Shown: positions 28,086 to 41,100 of the stretch, piece after piece
Numbering within the stretch: position 1 is the stretch's first letter
How the letters are laid out: the number at the start of each line of letters is the position of its first letter
Source: Eledone cirrhosa
Taxonomy: Eukaryota
Direction of reading: 5' to 3'
Length of the DNA: 64,000 bases
Assembly (NCBI GenBank): GCA_964016885.1
Contig: OZ024745.1
Span: 9,548,001-9,612,000 of the forward strand
The notes under the pieces: generated by a model
What the model saw: only the letters and a program-made list of their open reading frames with translations
What the model was told of the DNA's origin: nothing
The model's database searches: none
Position numbers and translations under genes: made by a program

Positions 28086-28609
28086 TTACAATTTCACCAA
28101 CTATATTATACATAGGCATCGTGGCATGCTGTGCCTTTAGCTTCATTGCTATTAATACAATCCTATTTGATATAAGATTGTTTAATTATATCGTCTCATG
28201 CCAAATAACTCAAACATGAATATCTGCTCGTTTATCTGTTTATGATAAATAATAATAGTAATAAAAATTAACAAATCTCTTGAAAGAAGGAGGTTTCATC
28301 ATTTATAGAAAACACATCGACTATTTCATGAAATAGGTTTATTTGTGTGTTTACTTGCTTAATAGCTAATCTTTAACCTTTTATTCTTCACTTAAGATTT
28401 ATCAGTAAATTTAACCATTCCCTACAATAATCATGTCTGTGTTGATGAAGAGCCTTCCCCACAGTAAATATATATTTCAGTATAATAATGGTATCTATTA
28501 CTAACCATTAAAATTTGCTCATTGATTATATCTGGATTACAAAAATATATCAATTTCTTCCTGACATGATCTTTAAAAGGCAATATAACAACCATTTTTA
28601 CTTAAACAG

Positions 28610-28696
28610 CCAAGAGATACAACTGAACTTCAGACAGTCCCAGAAGATCAACCATTTGAACTCACTGCTGGAGTTTCAACATCGGCTCGACCACTT
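28610..28696 (+). CDS. FAM13A: FAM13A/B-like exon (PRDTTELQTVPEDQPFELTAGVSTSARPL)
   Basis: AAACAG/GTAAGT, phase 0-0, 87 nt; weakly resembles FAM13 LQPIIEGE. Confidence 0.8.
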
Positions 28697-29252
28697 GTAA
28701 GTGAAATTTGCCTTGAATAAAGTAAAGTAAAAATAGTTCTGTCCTGCCCTGCCTTGTCTTGTCTTGTCCTGTCCTGTGTGTGTGGACCTGTAACTCGTGT
28801 TGGAGTCACAGGGAGTCATAAGATATTTTAATTTTTTTTTAAATAAATATAATTCAAAGATAATCAGCAACACATGTCATCATTATCATTTTACACCTGC
28901 TGTTCCATCTTTGCATGGGATGGACAGGTCTTTGCCAGCATCCCACCACTTTTTGCAGTCTTTCATCATCTCATTTGTGAGTTTCACTGACTTGAGACCA
29001 GTTCTCACAACCTCTGACCCTGACTTCCTTGGTCTCCCTCTACTGCAGCTGCCTTTCACTGGTAATTTTTATCACTTCACCCAACAATCATCATCTATAC
29101 ACATCACATGTCCATATCAGCACAGTCTTCTCTCCTGCACACTACATCTAATTCCTTTTATACCTAGTTTTTCTCTCAGTTCAATATTATTCCTTAGTTG
29201 TTCAGTGATATTCTTGCTAATGTCTCCTTTTTGTTTCCTATCTTTCTTGAAG

Positions 29253-29473
29253 TGGAAGAAAACAGTTCATGTGCCTACAGCTGAAATGGAGGATGATGAA
29301 AATTTTGATACAGTCGCAGATTTCTCTGTTACTAGAGATCTAGTTCTAACTAGAGATACAATTAAAGTTTCATCAGCAGTGACTTCTGCTGGAAGTGGGT
29401 CTCCTAAATCTCGCTTGATGAGCACTGGAGAAGGTTCAATTAACCAAGAGTCAACACTACATGAAATGACAAT
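29253..29473 (+). CDS. FAM13A: FAM13A/B-like exon (WKKTVHVPTAEMEDDENF...ESTLHEMT)
   Basis: Long pyrimidine tract plus AAG acceptor (exact start less certain), GTAAGT donor; 3' part of ORF 28797-29477; LHEMTI resembles FAM13 LHAASM. Confidence 0.82.
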
Positions 29474-30653
29474 GTAAGTATATATTTCTTCTATACTGTC
29501 ACAATTTAGTAATTGTTCAAATGTAATGTAATAGCTAACTTGACTGATTTAAATTGATGAATGGGAAGTAGAATAGAAGACAGAGTTGGATTCGCTAACT
29601 AGTCGATCCTTTGTTTGCAAAAGGTGTTCCATTAATAATTTTATTTTATTATCTAGTGTGTAATTAGGTGAAACAGATTGTAGATTATTCCAAACAACTA
29701 TCAGTTAAAGTCTGTCCCAAGACTGGAAACTCATCATGTTGGTGCTTATCCTGGTTTCATTGGTATTAAGTGACCAAGATGCCATACTACCACAACATTA
29801 ACTCTCAGTTACTGCTGATAATCATTTTCAGCTAAATGTATTGGAGCAACATGAAATAAAGTGTTTTGCTCAAGAACACTGCACAGCCCAATCCAGGAAT
29901 CAAACCTACTACATTACGATTGTAAGTCCAAAACCTTAACCACTAAACCATGCATCCTCACAATAAAACACATTTACTATAGTGTTGCTACTATATTATC
30001 TTGACATGGCATGCATTTACAGATTAATTTCACATGACATATATTTGATCGATGAAAATAATCAAGAAGATCCCAGACCTCATTCGCTTACCAAATGGGG
30101 TGAAACTCATCAAATCAGATGAAAAAAACAATGTTTCCATTGGTCTTTCCATTGTTGATACTATCTACCGGTTGCAACTCTTAGCAGAAGATGCAATATG
30201 AAATAAAGTGTCTTGCTGAAGGATATAATGCATTGCCTGATCCAGGAACCGAACTCACAACCCCATGATTAGATTATGAATCCAATTTGCTAATCTTTGA
30301 TACTATGTATTGATAATATTCATAAAATGGGTGTGTTGCTAAACTATACCATAATGAGCAGAGTATCCTTTCTACGTTGTATATTCTAGGGTGGCCCATT
30401 AAACAGTTAGTTGTACCAGGTAACCTAACCAAAAAATTTAGTTTTACAAAACTTGATATACTCTCTTAACTTTTTGAATGATCAACAAAAGATTATTCTA
30501 GTTACTTTTAACTTTTGTTTTATATTTGTGTGTGTATGGTAAGGGTTTGGAGTAATTAGTTTAATTTATTAATATCTTAATGAATTATCTTATGGGATCC
30601 TGTCACATTCACAAAATCTTAACTGAAACCTAACTTTCATATATTAATATAAA

Positions 30654-30900
30654 TCACTGCCTTGTGGTCCTGGCAGACAACATGGAGAAGACATTGACCT
30701 GAAGGATGGTGAGGGAGACATGCTGGAACAGCCAATCCACCTTGGTGGGTTCACACTTGCAGGTAGTCAACTTTGCCCCGATAGCAGTGAGGAGGGATGT
30801 GGTCCTGGGACCAAGAATGCCAGAAGTCTCCACAGCCAGAGGCTTGACCACAAACCTATCAAAGAGTGGTCAATACTTTGACAGTTTTCCCTCTTATGGT
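30654..30900 (-). mobile_element. CRE-like non-LTR retrotransposon 3' remnant
   Basis: PLAVETSGILGP...WLFQHVSLTILQVN resembles the RLE C-terminus of CRE-clade elements. Confidence 0.65.
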
Positions 30901-31149
30901 ATTTAGTATTGTTTTCCAAAATTTAGATATTGAAAATGTTCCTTATCATAAAACCTTTGTTTAAAATTTGTAGTCTACATCCATACGATAGTCTACTTCA
31001 GTGACTTAGCTGAAGAATACAAATTCCATACTAATCAACTGATGTGATAATGCTAAAATCAGAATGTTTTAAGTGTATTGGAATTAGAAAAGGAGAAAGA
31101 AGAAGTAATGACTTTCAAGTTATGTTTTTGATGTTTTTTGTTATTTTAG

Positions 31150-31251
31150 TCCCCAGCTACAAGAAGAATTGACAAAGACACGAGTCGAGAAAAGAAAGCT
31201 GAGAAAGATTCTTAGAGATTTTGAAAATGAATTCCTGAGTCAACATGGACG
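31150..31251 (+). CDS. FAM13A: FAM13A/B-like exon (PQLQEELTKTRVEKRKLRKILRDFENEFLSQHGR)
   Basis: TTTTAG/GTATGT; resembles FAM13A EEKKRIRKKLRDFEDNFFRQNGR. Confidence 0.95.
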
Positions 31252-32662
31252 GTATGTGCTAATGTTTTAGTGTAAAGTAAGAAACTGCTGTAAACAAAGA
31301 ATTGTGTTTTTAAGAAGTGAATTGTGAATTTATGTGAGCTTTTAAGGCAAATTAAATGCTTCAACATATTTTTTCTGACTACGAAAAATAGTCAAACAAG
31401 TTGGGCATATAAGCTTCTAGAGACTTTTTTCTAGTGTATGTCATGACTGTGCCCCTATGGCTCCATCAGGAGTTACAGGGAAATAAGAAGAATAATCTTT
31501 ATTGGAAGCATATAGTGTTCATTTCAAAGATAATAGGAATTTTATTGAGTTAAATTGCATTGTTATAATCATTAGTTGGAATGCTAACATAGAATACCTG
31601 TTTACTGGCTCATCTCTCATAATATCTGTAGTCTCTAAAATATCATGTCCAACCATTACATACACTCTAGGTACACCAACAACATTAATACACTATTTTA
31701 AAAATACTGTCACCTACCGAGTCTAACAAAACAAAAACAGTTTCAATATCAATAGCTGTACTGTACCTAAATTCTGTGCTGGATCATCACTTCTGTCAAT
31801 ATGTAGCTTGTCTTTACAGTTATCTAAATTCTGTTCAAGCCCAGAGGCTCACCAGGCCAGTGCTTATCCCAGTTTCTGAGGTGTTAAGTGACTGAGAGTA
31901 CAAGACTCCCCTGGACAGGACACCAGTCCATTGCAGGTTTAAATCTCCCAGCTATTGCTGGTACTAATTTTCAGCTAAGTATACAAAGTAAATGCATTAT
32001 ACCATAATTTCATATTTCATTCTGCACATCCAACCACTGCAAGTGTAAGTATGCAGCTTGGCTACAATCTGCAGCTCACATCCAACCACTGCAAGTGTAA
32101 GTATGCAGCTTGGCTACAATCTGCAGCCTGACAAATAAGAAGTAGAATACCTACAAATTGTTCCCAAGTCATTGTTTCCTTTCCTCCATTCCATAATTCT
32201 CCCAAGATAGAGCTGCTTAAAGCAATTCAGAGCAGAACGTTATTTGGTAGTAGCACTGTCGTGGTTCATAACAGAAGTGTATATGAAGGCATATATAATA
32301 TGGTTATATATAATAAACATGTAAGAGTCTCACTTTGAATATTTTAAGTTGTGATCATGTCAGCCATCCCAGTAGCTGTTTGAGAACGTCAGACACATGG
32401 TTTGGGATTTTTATGTCATTGGTGATGTTTATTCACTTTGTATTGAGTCACGAATAAGCTACAGCATATATATTTTTAACGTGGTCCTAATTGATTTAAA
32501 TGAATATATAATGGAATACAGTGATAGCTAGGGTAACAAGAGGGAGAAAGTCAAGGGAAACCGAGTATTGAAGCATCTGTGCATAGAATGTTGTAATCAA
32601 GGAATTATTAAATTAAATATTCTTTACTATAAACCCCATTATGTTTGGTGGGTACTATGCTA

Positions 32663-32763
<101 letters not shown>

Positions 32764-33093
32764 GGAGGCACATGGCTTAGTGGTTAGAGCATTGGCCTTG
32801 CAATCGAAAGGTTGTGAGTTCAATTCTCAGACCCGGTGATGTTGTTTCCTTGAGCAAGACACGTTATTTCACATTGCTCCAGTTTACTCAGCTGTAGAAA
32901 TGAGATGATAGGGACTGAGGTCCCTATCATTCCACTGCAAAGTGGTCGTGGAGGTGCCACGGCAAAAAAGCACCCAGCACACACTGTAAATGAGGTTGGT
33001 GTTAGGAAGGGCATCCAGCTGTAGAAATCAAGCCAGAATCAGTTCCCGTCCCACCCTCGCAAGCAGGGAAAAGCGGACGTAAAATGAAATGAT
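32764..33093 (+). mobile_element. tRNA-derived SINE family 2
   Basis: Box A TGGCTTAGTGG, box B GAGTTCAATTC; 3' end GCAAGCAGGGAAAAGCGGACGTAAAATGA shared with RTE family C; directly follows a pure (TA)n tract. Confidence 0.9.
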
Positions 33094-33699
33094 ATAGCAG
33101 CAACAACAACAACTGTGTTGAATGTGTGTGTATGTATTTATATATATGCGACTACAATAACAGAAACAGCACCATTGTCTGCAGCAGCAGCATCAGTGAA
33201 ATGAAGAACAACGGCAGCAACAACAACTGCCACCACCATCACTGACCATCCACCACCACAACCACCACCATCACTGGTATCATCCACCACCTTCACCACC
33301 ATCACTAGCACCATCCACCACCACCGTCACCATCCACCACCAACATCACTGACACCATCCACCACCTCCACCACTACCACCATCACTGACACCATCCACC
33401 ACCATCACCAGCGTAAAGCAAACAATTATTATTATATAAAAACTGAACTGGACTGGGAAAAGTCAAGTTGACATGATTTTGATTTTGTATCAGTACTGCC
33501 GGTAATATATATATATATATATGTGAGTGGTGTGTGTGTTTGTATGCATGAGTGTTGGTGTGTGAGTGGCCTGTGTGTTTGTAGTTTGTATGCATGAGTG
33601 TTGGTGTGTGAGTGTGTGTGTGCGTCTCGTGTGAATAAGTGGATGTTTTATTTTTTTTTTTATGTCCCTGCTGTAAAATGGAGGGGTAGAGAGGGCCTT

Positions 33700-36600
33700 T
33701 GTCTAGTAAGACATCCTCTCTAGTGCTGGCGGCACAAATAAAAGCACCCAGTCCATGCTGTAAAGTGGCGCTGGTGTTAGGAAGGGCAACCAACCAGTAT
33801 ATCACTGCCAAAACGCTTATCAGCACAGCAACAAATAGATAGGAACAACAACAAAATATGAAGACATCGCATCTCAGAGTTGCAACACTTAATGTTGGCA
33901 CTCTCAGATGTAGATCTGCTGAAATAGCGGAGATGCTGGAGAGAAGGCATGTGGATGTGTGCTGCGTGCAAGAGGTGAGATATCGAGAGATGCCTCTGCG
34001 AGACTAGTCGTAAGCAAACATCTTAGCTATAAGCTTTTCTGGGTAGGTAAGGATGATGGGTTAGTGGGAGTAGGCATTCTCCTGGCTGAGAGATGGATCA
34101 ATAAGACAATAGCGGTAGTTCGAGTTAGTAATCGAATAATTAAGCTTAGATTAGTTGTAAGCAGGAGACTATTGACAATCATCTCTGCCTAGGCAAAGAT
34201 GAGAAAGACTGCTTTTACGAGCAATTTTTACAAACAACTGCAATGACAGAGGACGAAGACATCGTTATGCTAGCAGGGGACTTCAATGGTCATGTTGGAC
34301 AGCTCCAGGATGGTTATACTGGGGTACATGGTGGGCACAGTTAAGGCTCAAGAAATGAAGAAGGAGTGAGACTTCTTGAATTTTGTGATGCAAGTACACT
34401 GACTATTTGCAACACAAACTTCCAGAAACCTGCCAACCACCTAATAACCAACAAATCAGGCGAGCAGATAAGCCAGATTGACTTCTTACTAGTTAGGCAG
34501 CGGGACAGGCAGATAGTGTCTAATACCAAGGCATACCCTGGGGAAGAATGCATCCCACAACATAGCTTAGTCGATAGTGATATCTCAGTAAGCAAGAGAC
34601 AGAATGAGACATACAAGAAGGTGTGGAGAAGAAAGGTCTGGAAGCTAAAAGACCTTTCACTAAAATACAAATTTAGGAAAGTCCTTCAAGATGTGTATGA
34701 TGAAAAAGATGATTTAGAGACGTATGACATAGATGATAACTGGAATTTCTTATGTGACAACTTACTGCAGGCTACTGATGAAACTTGTGGCTGGAGCAGA
34801 GCTCCAACCAGACAGAGAGTGACCTGGTGGTGGAACAGCACAGTAGATAAGGCCATTAGAGACAAAAGACTTGCATGGAAGGCTTGGAAAAAGGGTGGGA
34901 GTAGGGAAGAATATACAGCCGCTAAGAGAGAAGCTAGACGTCAGGTGTACTTAGCACGCAGGGAGGCAGAGAGAAGGAGGTTTGCCAATGTTCTGCGACG
35001 GGAAGATCAGAGGCGTGCGGTGTTCCACATTGCAAGGCAGTGTGTCAATGCAAATCAGGATGTTGTTGGAGATAAATGTGTCCGGAATGATGCCGGTACA
35101 CTTAGTGTCACGAATGATCAGAAAATGGAGGCCTGGAAATGTCATTATGAGAGACTGATGAATGTGGAGAACGAATGGGAGAGAGAGAAATTACCCTCAG
35201 TAGATCCGACAGAGGGACCAGCTATTGAGATTGACGAATATAGGGTCCAAGAGGCGAATAAGGAAATGAAAAATGGTAAGGCTGCTGGACCATCGGGAAT
35301 AGTTGCTGAGATGCTGAAGGCATCAGGGGACGTAGGCACTAAACTGGTTGCACGCATCATCAATCAGGCTATATATGGTGGTGTCATACCCAAAGACTGG
35401 TGCAGCAGTATTCTCATAAATTGCTACAAAGGTAAAGGGGATGCTCTGGAGAGGAGCAATTATAGGGGTATAAAACTGATGGATCAGGTTATGAAAGTGG
35501 CAGATATTCGCACAACTAATTAGAGAAAGGGTCAAACTAGATGAGATGCAGTTTAGTTTTGTGCCTGGGAAGAGTACAACAGATGCCCTCTTCTTGGTGA
35601 GACAATTACAAGAGAGGTTTTTAGAGAAGAATAAGCCACTATACTTAGCTTTTGTTGACCTAGAGAAGGCCTTTGATAGGGTACCCCAATCTTTCATCTG
35701 GTGGTCCCTAAGGAAACTAGGTGTTGAGGAATGGCTTGTGAGGACAGTGCAAACTTTGTACAGAGGTACTGTCAGTAAAGTCAGGGTAGAAATGGAGTTT
35801 AGTGAGGAATTCCAGATACAAGTAGGAGTACATCAAGGTTCGGTCCTCAGCCTGCTCTTGTTCATTATAGTCCTCCAAGCCATAACAGAGGAGTTTAAGA
35901 CTGGCTGTCTATGCTGACAATCTGGTTCTTATAGCAGAATCAGTAGAGGAGCTAGAGAATAAATTCTGGCTATGGAAACAGCAGTTGCAAGCAAGAGGAC
36001 TGAGAGTGAACCTAGCTAAGACAAAAGTGTTGATGAGTAGAATAGAGGACAAAACTCTGATTCCGTCAGGGAAATGGCCATGTTCGATATGCAGAAAAGG
36101 AACTGGCATAAATTCTATAAAATGTACACAATGCAGATCCTGGGTACACAAGAGATGTAGCAGGATAGCAGGCAAACTAACAGGTAGGCAGAAATATGTA
36201 TGCAGTAGATGTACAGGGAAATTAGACAGTAGTAGTCGCATTGATACACATTTTTCAAATGCAGGCGGGTGCTATAGAAGTGGTGGATAGCTTCCAGTCC
36301 CTAGGAGATCAGATTAGCATGGGGGGGGGGGGTTCCGAGGCCCTAGTATCTAGAATAAGGACGGGTTGGAAGAAGTTTAGGGAGTTGCTTCCTTTGCTGA
36401 CGAAGAAGGGTTTCTCCCTGCGTATGAAAGGCCGGTTATATGATGCCAGTGTGAGGAGCGCGATGCATGGTAGTGAGACATGGACAGCAACTGCAGAGGA
36501 TATGCGCCGGCTGAAGAGAAATGAGGCAAGCATGCTCCGTTGGATGTGCAGTGTAAATGTGCATGAACGACCCAGCATGAATGTGTTGAGAGAGAAACTG

Positions 36601-36854
36601 TGTCTGAGAGGGATAAAATGTAGTGTACGGGAGAGGAGACTGAGGTGGTATGGACATGTGATACGCATGGAGGATGACCGATGGGTGAAGAAGTGCCAGG
36701 AAATGCCAGTTGAAGAAAGACGTGGTAGAGGTAGACCACGAAAAACATGGGTGGAGGTGATGAGAACAGACGCTGAAGCTCACGGTGGAGATGATGAAGG
36801 ACCGTGACAAGTGGAGAGATGCTGTGCTGAATAAGACCCGTCCCACTCTTGCAA
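33700..36854 (+). mobile_element. RTE LINE family C, near full length, degenerate
   Basis: APE domain (LRVATLNVGTL, GDFNGHVG, IDFLLV), RT (AFVDLEKAFDRV, QGSVLS) and Cys/His finger split across several frameshifted ORFs; 3' tail replaced by a palindrome. The 5' boundary is approximate. Confidence 0.92.
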
Positions 36855-36856
36855 AC

Positions 36857-37084
36857 TTACAGGTCTGTTTGGGAACAGAGTTCAAATTGACCAATGAAAT
36901 ACACAAAAATATATCAAGAAAATACAGTTAGGTGTGTGTATATATGTAAGTAACTTCGTTCACAGATATGCAAAACTGTGAACGAAGTTACTTACATATA
37001 TACACACACCTAACTGTATTTTCTTGATATATTTTTGTGTATTTCATTGGTCAATTTGAACTCTGTTCCCAAACAGACCTGTAA
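36857..37084. repeat. Perfect 109-bp inverted repeat with 10-nt spacer
   Basis: 36857-36965 is the reverse complement of 36976-37084; spacer ATATGCAAAA. Confidence 0.95.
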
Positions 37085-37116
37085 TTTTGAATTGTTGTTA
37101 TTATCAATAAATATAT

Positions 37117-37269
37117 TTCATTATTTCTGAAGACGGCATATGTATGTGTTGGTATGTATATTATATTTGATAATTTGTATAATTTTGTATAATTTTGTAC
37201 ATAGATCTGTTGAATATGCATGCCAATTCTAACACATATATGTCCTAGAAACGATCGTTAAATAATGAA
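37117..37269 (+). ncRNA. Type I hammerhead ribozyme motif with elongated stem II
   Basis: Stem I TTCATTATTT/AAATAATGAA, CTGAAGA (37127-37133), long stem II, GAAAC-GATC-GT-T. Confidence 0.65.
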
Positions 37270-37563
37270 CTTTTTTTGTTTAATATAAGGAACTGTTTCA
37301 TTGTTTTATTCATTATTTTTTTAATACTTTATCTTGACTCTGTATTCCGTTTATCTTTCACCGAAAGTGATTTTTGAATGCATCTCTTCTTTCCATGATA
37401 TCCGGATTACATTGAGTTCTTCATACGGATTGGACACTACCGTAAACTCTTGGTAGATTTATCTACATATATTTATATATATATATATTTATATATATAT
37501 ATATATTTATTTATATATATATATTTATTTATATATATATATTTATTTATTTATATATATATT

Positions 37564-37626
<63 letters not shown>

Positions 37627-37675
37627 GTAAGTATGTATGTATGCGTACATATATGTATACAGACGTACAGTAGCA

Positions 37676-37717
<42 letters not shown>

Positions 37718-37824
37718 CAGGTACACATATATATCTGTACGTATCAGTTTAGCGAACGTTTATTATAACGCCCGCTTTGTCCGTTATATACTTTCGAACG
37801 TTCAACTATCTGGCAGAAGGGTAT

Positions 37825-37867
37825 ACGGTGCTGATGATAGCTAACAAGCTTGAAACTAGTACATCGT
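37825..37867 (+). ncRNA. Type I hammerhead ribozyme (minimal, palindromic stem III)
   Basis: ACGGTG-CTGATGA-TAGCTAACAAGCTT-GAAAC-TA-GTA-CATCGT. Confidence 0.78.
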
Positions 37868-38022
37868 TCCTGTGTCAGTGTTGAACAAAAAGGTGACGTG
37901 GTTGCCTTAACACCGTATGGCATAAATCAGGCTGTTTGCTTGCTTACAAACGGACAAAGCGGGCGTTATAATAAACGTTCGCTAAACTGATACATACAGA
38001 TATATATGTTTATCTGTATGTA

Positions 38023-38066
<44 letters not shown>

Positions 38067-38190
38067 TGCTACTGTACGTCTGTATACATATATGTATGTA
38101 CGTATACATACATACTTACATTTAAGTAAGTGCCGTACTAAGAGTGAGAAATGAAATTTCGTTTCATTATATTACAACTTATATATATAT

Positions 38191-41100
38191 ATCATCATCA
38201 TCATCATCATTTTACGTCCGCTTTTCCCTGCTTGCAAGGGTGGGACGGGTCTTATTCAGCACAGCATCTCTCCACTCGTCACGGTCCCTCGTCATCTCCA
38301 CCGTGAGCTTCAATGATCTGAGGTCTGTTCTTACCACCTCCGCCCATGTATTTCGTGGTCTACCTCTACCACGTCTTCCTTCAACTGGCAATTCCTGGCA
38401 CTTCTTCACCCATCGGTCATCCTCCATGCGCATCACATGTCCATACCACCTCAGTCTCCTCTCCCGTACACTACATTCTATCCCTCTCAGACACAGTTTC
38501 TCTCTCAACACATTTATGCTGGGTCGTTCACGCACATTTACACTGCACATCCAACGGAGCATGCTTGCCTCATTTCTCTCCAGCCGTCGCATATCCTCTG
38601 CAATTGCTGCCCATGTCTCACTACCATGCAGCATCGCGCTCCTCACACAGGCATCATACAACCGGCCTTTCGTACGCAGGGAGAAACCCTTCTTCGTCAA
38701 CAGAGGAAGCAGCTCCCTAAACTTCTTCCAACCCGTCCTTATTCTAGATACTATGGCCTCGGAACACCCTCCTCCCATGCTAATCTGATCTCCTAGGTAC
38801 CGGAAGCTATCCACCACTTCTATAGCGCCCTTGAAAAATGTGTCTATCAGTGCGACTTCTACTGTCTAATTTCCCTGTACATCTACTGCATACATATTTC
38901 TCCCTACCTGTTAGTTTGCCTGCTATCCCGCTACATCTCTTGTGTACCCAGGATCTGCATTGTGTGCATTTTATAGAATTTATGCCAGTTCCTTTTCTGC
39001 ATATCGAACATGGCCATTTCCCTGACGGAATCAGAGTTTTGTCCTCTTTTCTACTCATCAACACTTTTGTCTTAGCTAGATTCAATCTTAGTCCTCTTGC
39101 TTCCAACTGCTGTTTCCATAGCCAGAATTTATTCTCTAGCTCCTCTACTGATTCTGCTATAAGAACCAGATCGTCAGCATAGAGAAGTTCCCATGGACAG
39201 CCAGTCTTAAACTCCTCTGTTATGGCTTGGAGGACTATAATGAACAAGAGCGGGCTGAGGACCGAACCCTGATGTACTCCTACTTGTATCTGGAATTCCT
39301 CACTAAACTCCATTCTTACCCTGACTACTGACAGTACCTCTGTACAAAGTTTGCACTGTCCTCACAAGCCATTCCTCAACACCTAGTTTCCTTAGGTACC
39401 ACCAGATGACAGATTGGGGTACCCTATCAAAGGCCTTCTCTAGGTCAACAAAAGCTAAGTATAGTGGCTTATTCTTCTCTAAAAACCTCTCTTGAAATTG
39501 TCTCACCAAGAAGAGGGCATCTGTTGTACTCTTCCCAGGCACAAAACTAAACTGCATCTCATCTAGTTTGACCCTTTCTCTAATTAGTTGTGCGAATATC
39601 TGCCACTTTCATAACCTGATCTATCAGTTTTATACCCCTATAATTGCTCCTCTCCAGAGCATCCCCTTTACCTTTGTAGCAATTTATGAGAATACTGCTG
39701 CACCAGTCTTTGGGTATGACACCACCATATATAGCCTGATTGATGATGCGTGCAACCAGTTTAGTGCCTACGTCCCCTGATGCCTTCAGCATCTCAGCAA
39801 CTATTCCCGATGGTCCGGCAGCCTTATCATTTTTCATTTCCCTAATCGCCTCTTGGACCCTATATTCGTCAATCTCAATAGCTGGTCCCTCTGTCGGATC
39901 CACCAAGGGTAATTTCTCTCTCTCCCATTCGTTCTCCACATTCATCAGTCTCTCATAATGACATTTCCAGGCCTTCTTTTTTCTGATCATTCGTGACACT
40001 AAGTACACCGGCATCATCATCATCATCATCATCATCATCACCGTTTTACGTCCGTTCTTCCACGCTAGCATGGGTTAGACGGGTTGTCCCGTTGTGGGCA
40101 GTGTCTGGTCGGCTGACCATGCCTTGCTCATACAGGAACTGATCTGGCTTGATTTCTACAGCTGGATGCCCTTCCTAACACCAACCTCATTTACAGTGAG
40201 TGCTGGGTGCTTTTTCGTGGCGCCTACACGTCCACTTTACAGTGTGGGCTGGGTGCTTTTTTGCCGTGGCACCTCCACGACCACCTTGCGGTGGGGGCAT
40301 ATTGTTTATATGCTTCAGCATGTACCCATGGGAGGTCGGGTACCCTGTATTACTGCGTGACGCCAGAAGTCACGGTCGTGTGTCATTGACTTTGAGAGGT
40401 GTAGTTGGGTATGGTCGGCTTTTATCACCTCATCCCAAGTCATCTTGGGTCTCCCCACTCCGCGGTTTCCATCAACTTCTAGTGCTCTGCACCTTTTTAT
40501 GCAGCTGTCATCCTTCATACGCATCACATGTCCATACCAGCGTAAACGCCTCTCCTGCACGCAGCATTTGATTCCTCTTATGCTCAGTCTCTCTCTCAAT
40601 TCATTTATGCTTTGTCGTTCACGTATATTACTGTTACACATCCATCGGAGCATGCAGGCTTCGTTTCTCTCTAATCTACGTAAGTCTTCCACCTTCAGCG
40701 CCCAGGTCTCACTACCATGCAACATCGCTGTTCGGATACACGCATCATACAGTCTGCCTTTCATTCTGAGGGAGAAGCCTTTTGCAGCTAGCAGTGGTAG
40801 TAGTTCCCTAAACTTCTTCCATCCCGTTCTTACCCTAGTTATTGTACTTTCTGAGCACCCACCTCCGTTGCTAATTCGGTCACCTAGGTAGCAGAAGCTG
40901 TCTACTGTTTCTACAGGGCCCTCCCAGAGATTGGTGGTACTTGTTTCCTGTGGCTGTTTGCTTGCTGTTTCAGCACAGCTGCTGCATGTGAATCCTACAT
41001 TCTTAATTAAGCTTCCTGAGATCCCGCTACATCTCTTGTGTACCCATTGTTTGCATTTGGGGCAAAGAATGGAGTTCCTACCTACACCTTTCCTACATAC

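Noticed and set aside
28797-29252. 5' part of the 226-aa ORF as coding sequence
   Set aside because: Contains a decayed antisense RTE 3' fragment and the polypyrimidine tract; only 29253-29473 fits the spliced frame.
32764-32835. tRNA gene
   Set aside because: Box A and B are present, but it is the head of a multi-copy SINE with no clean cloverleaf.
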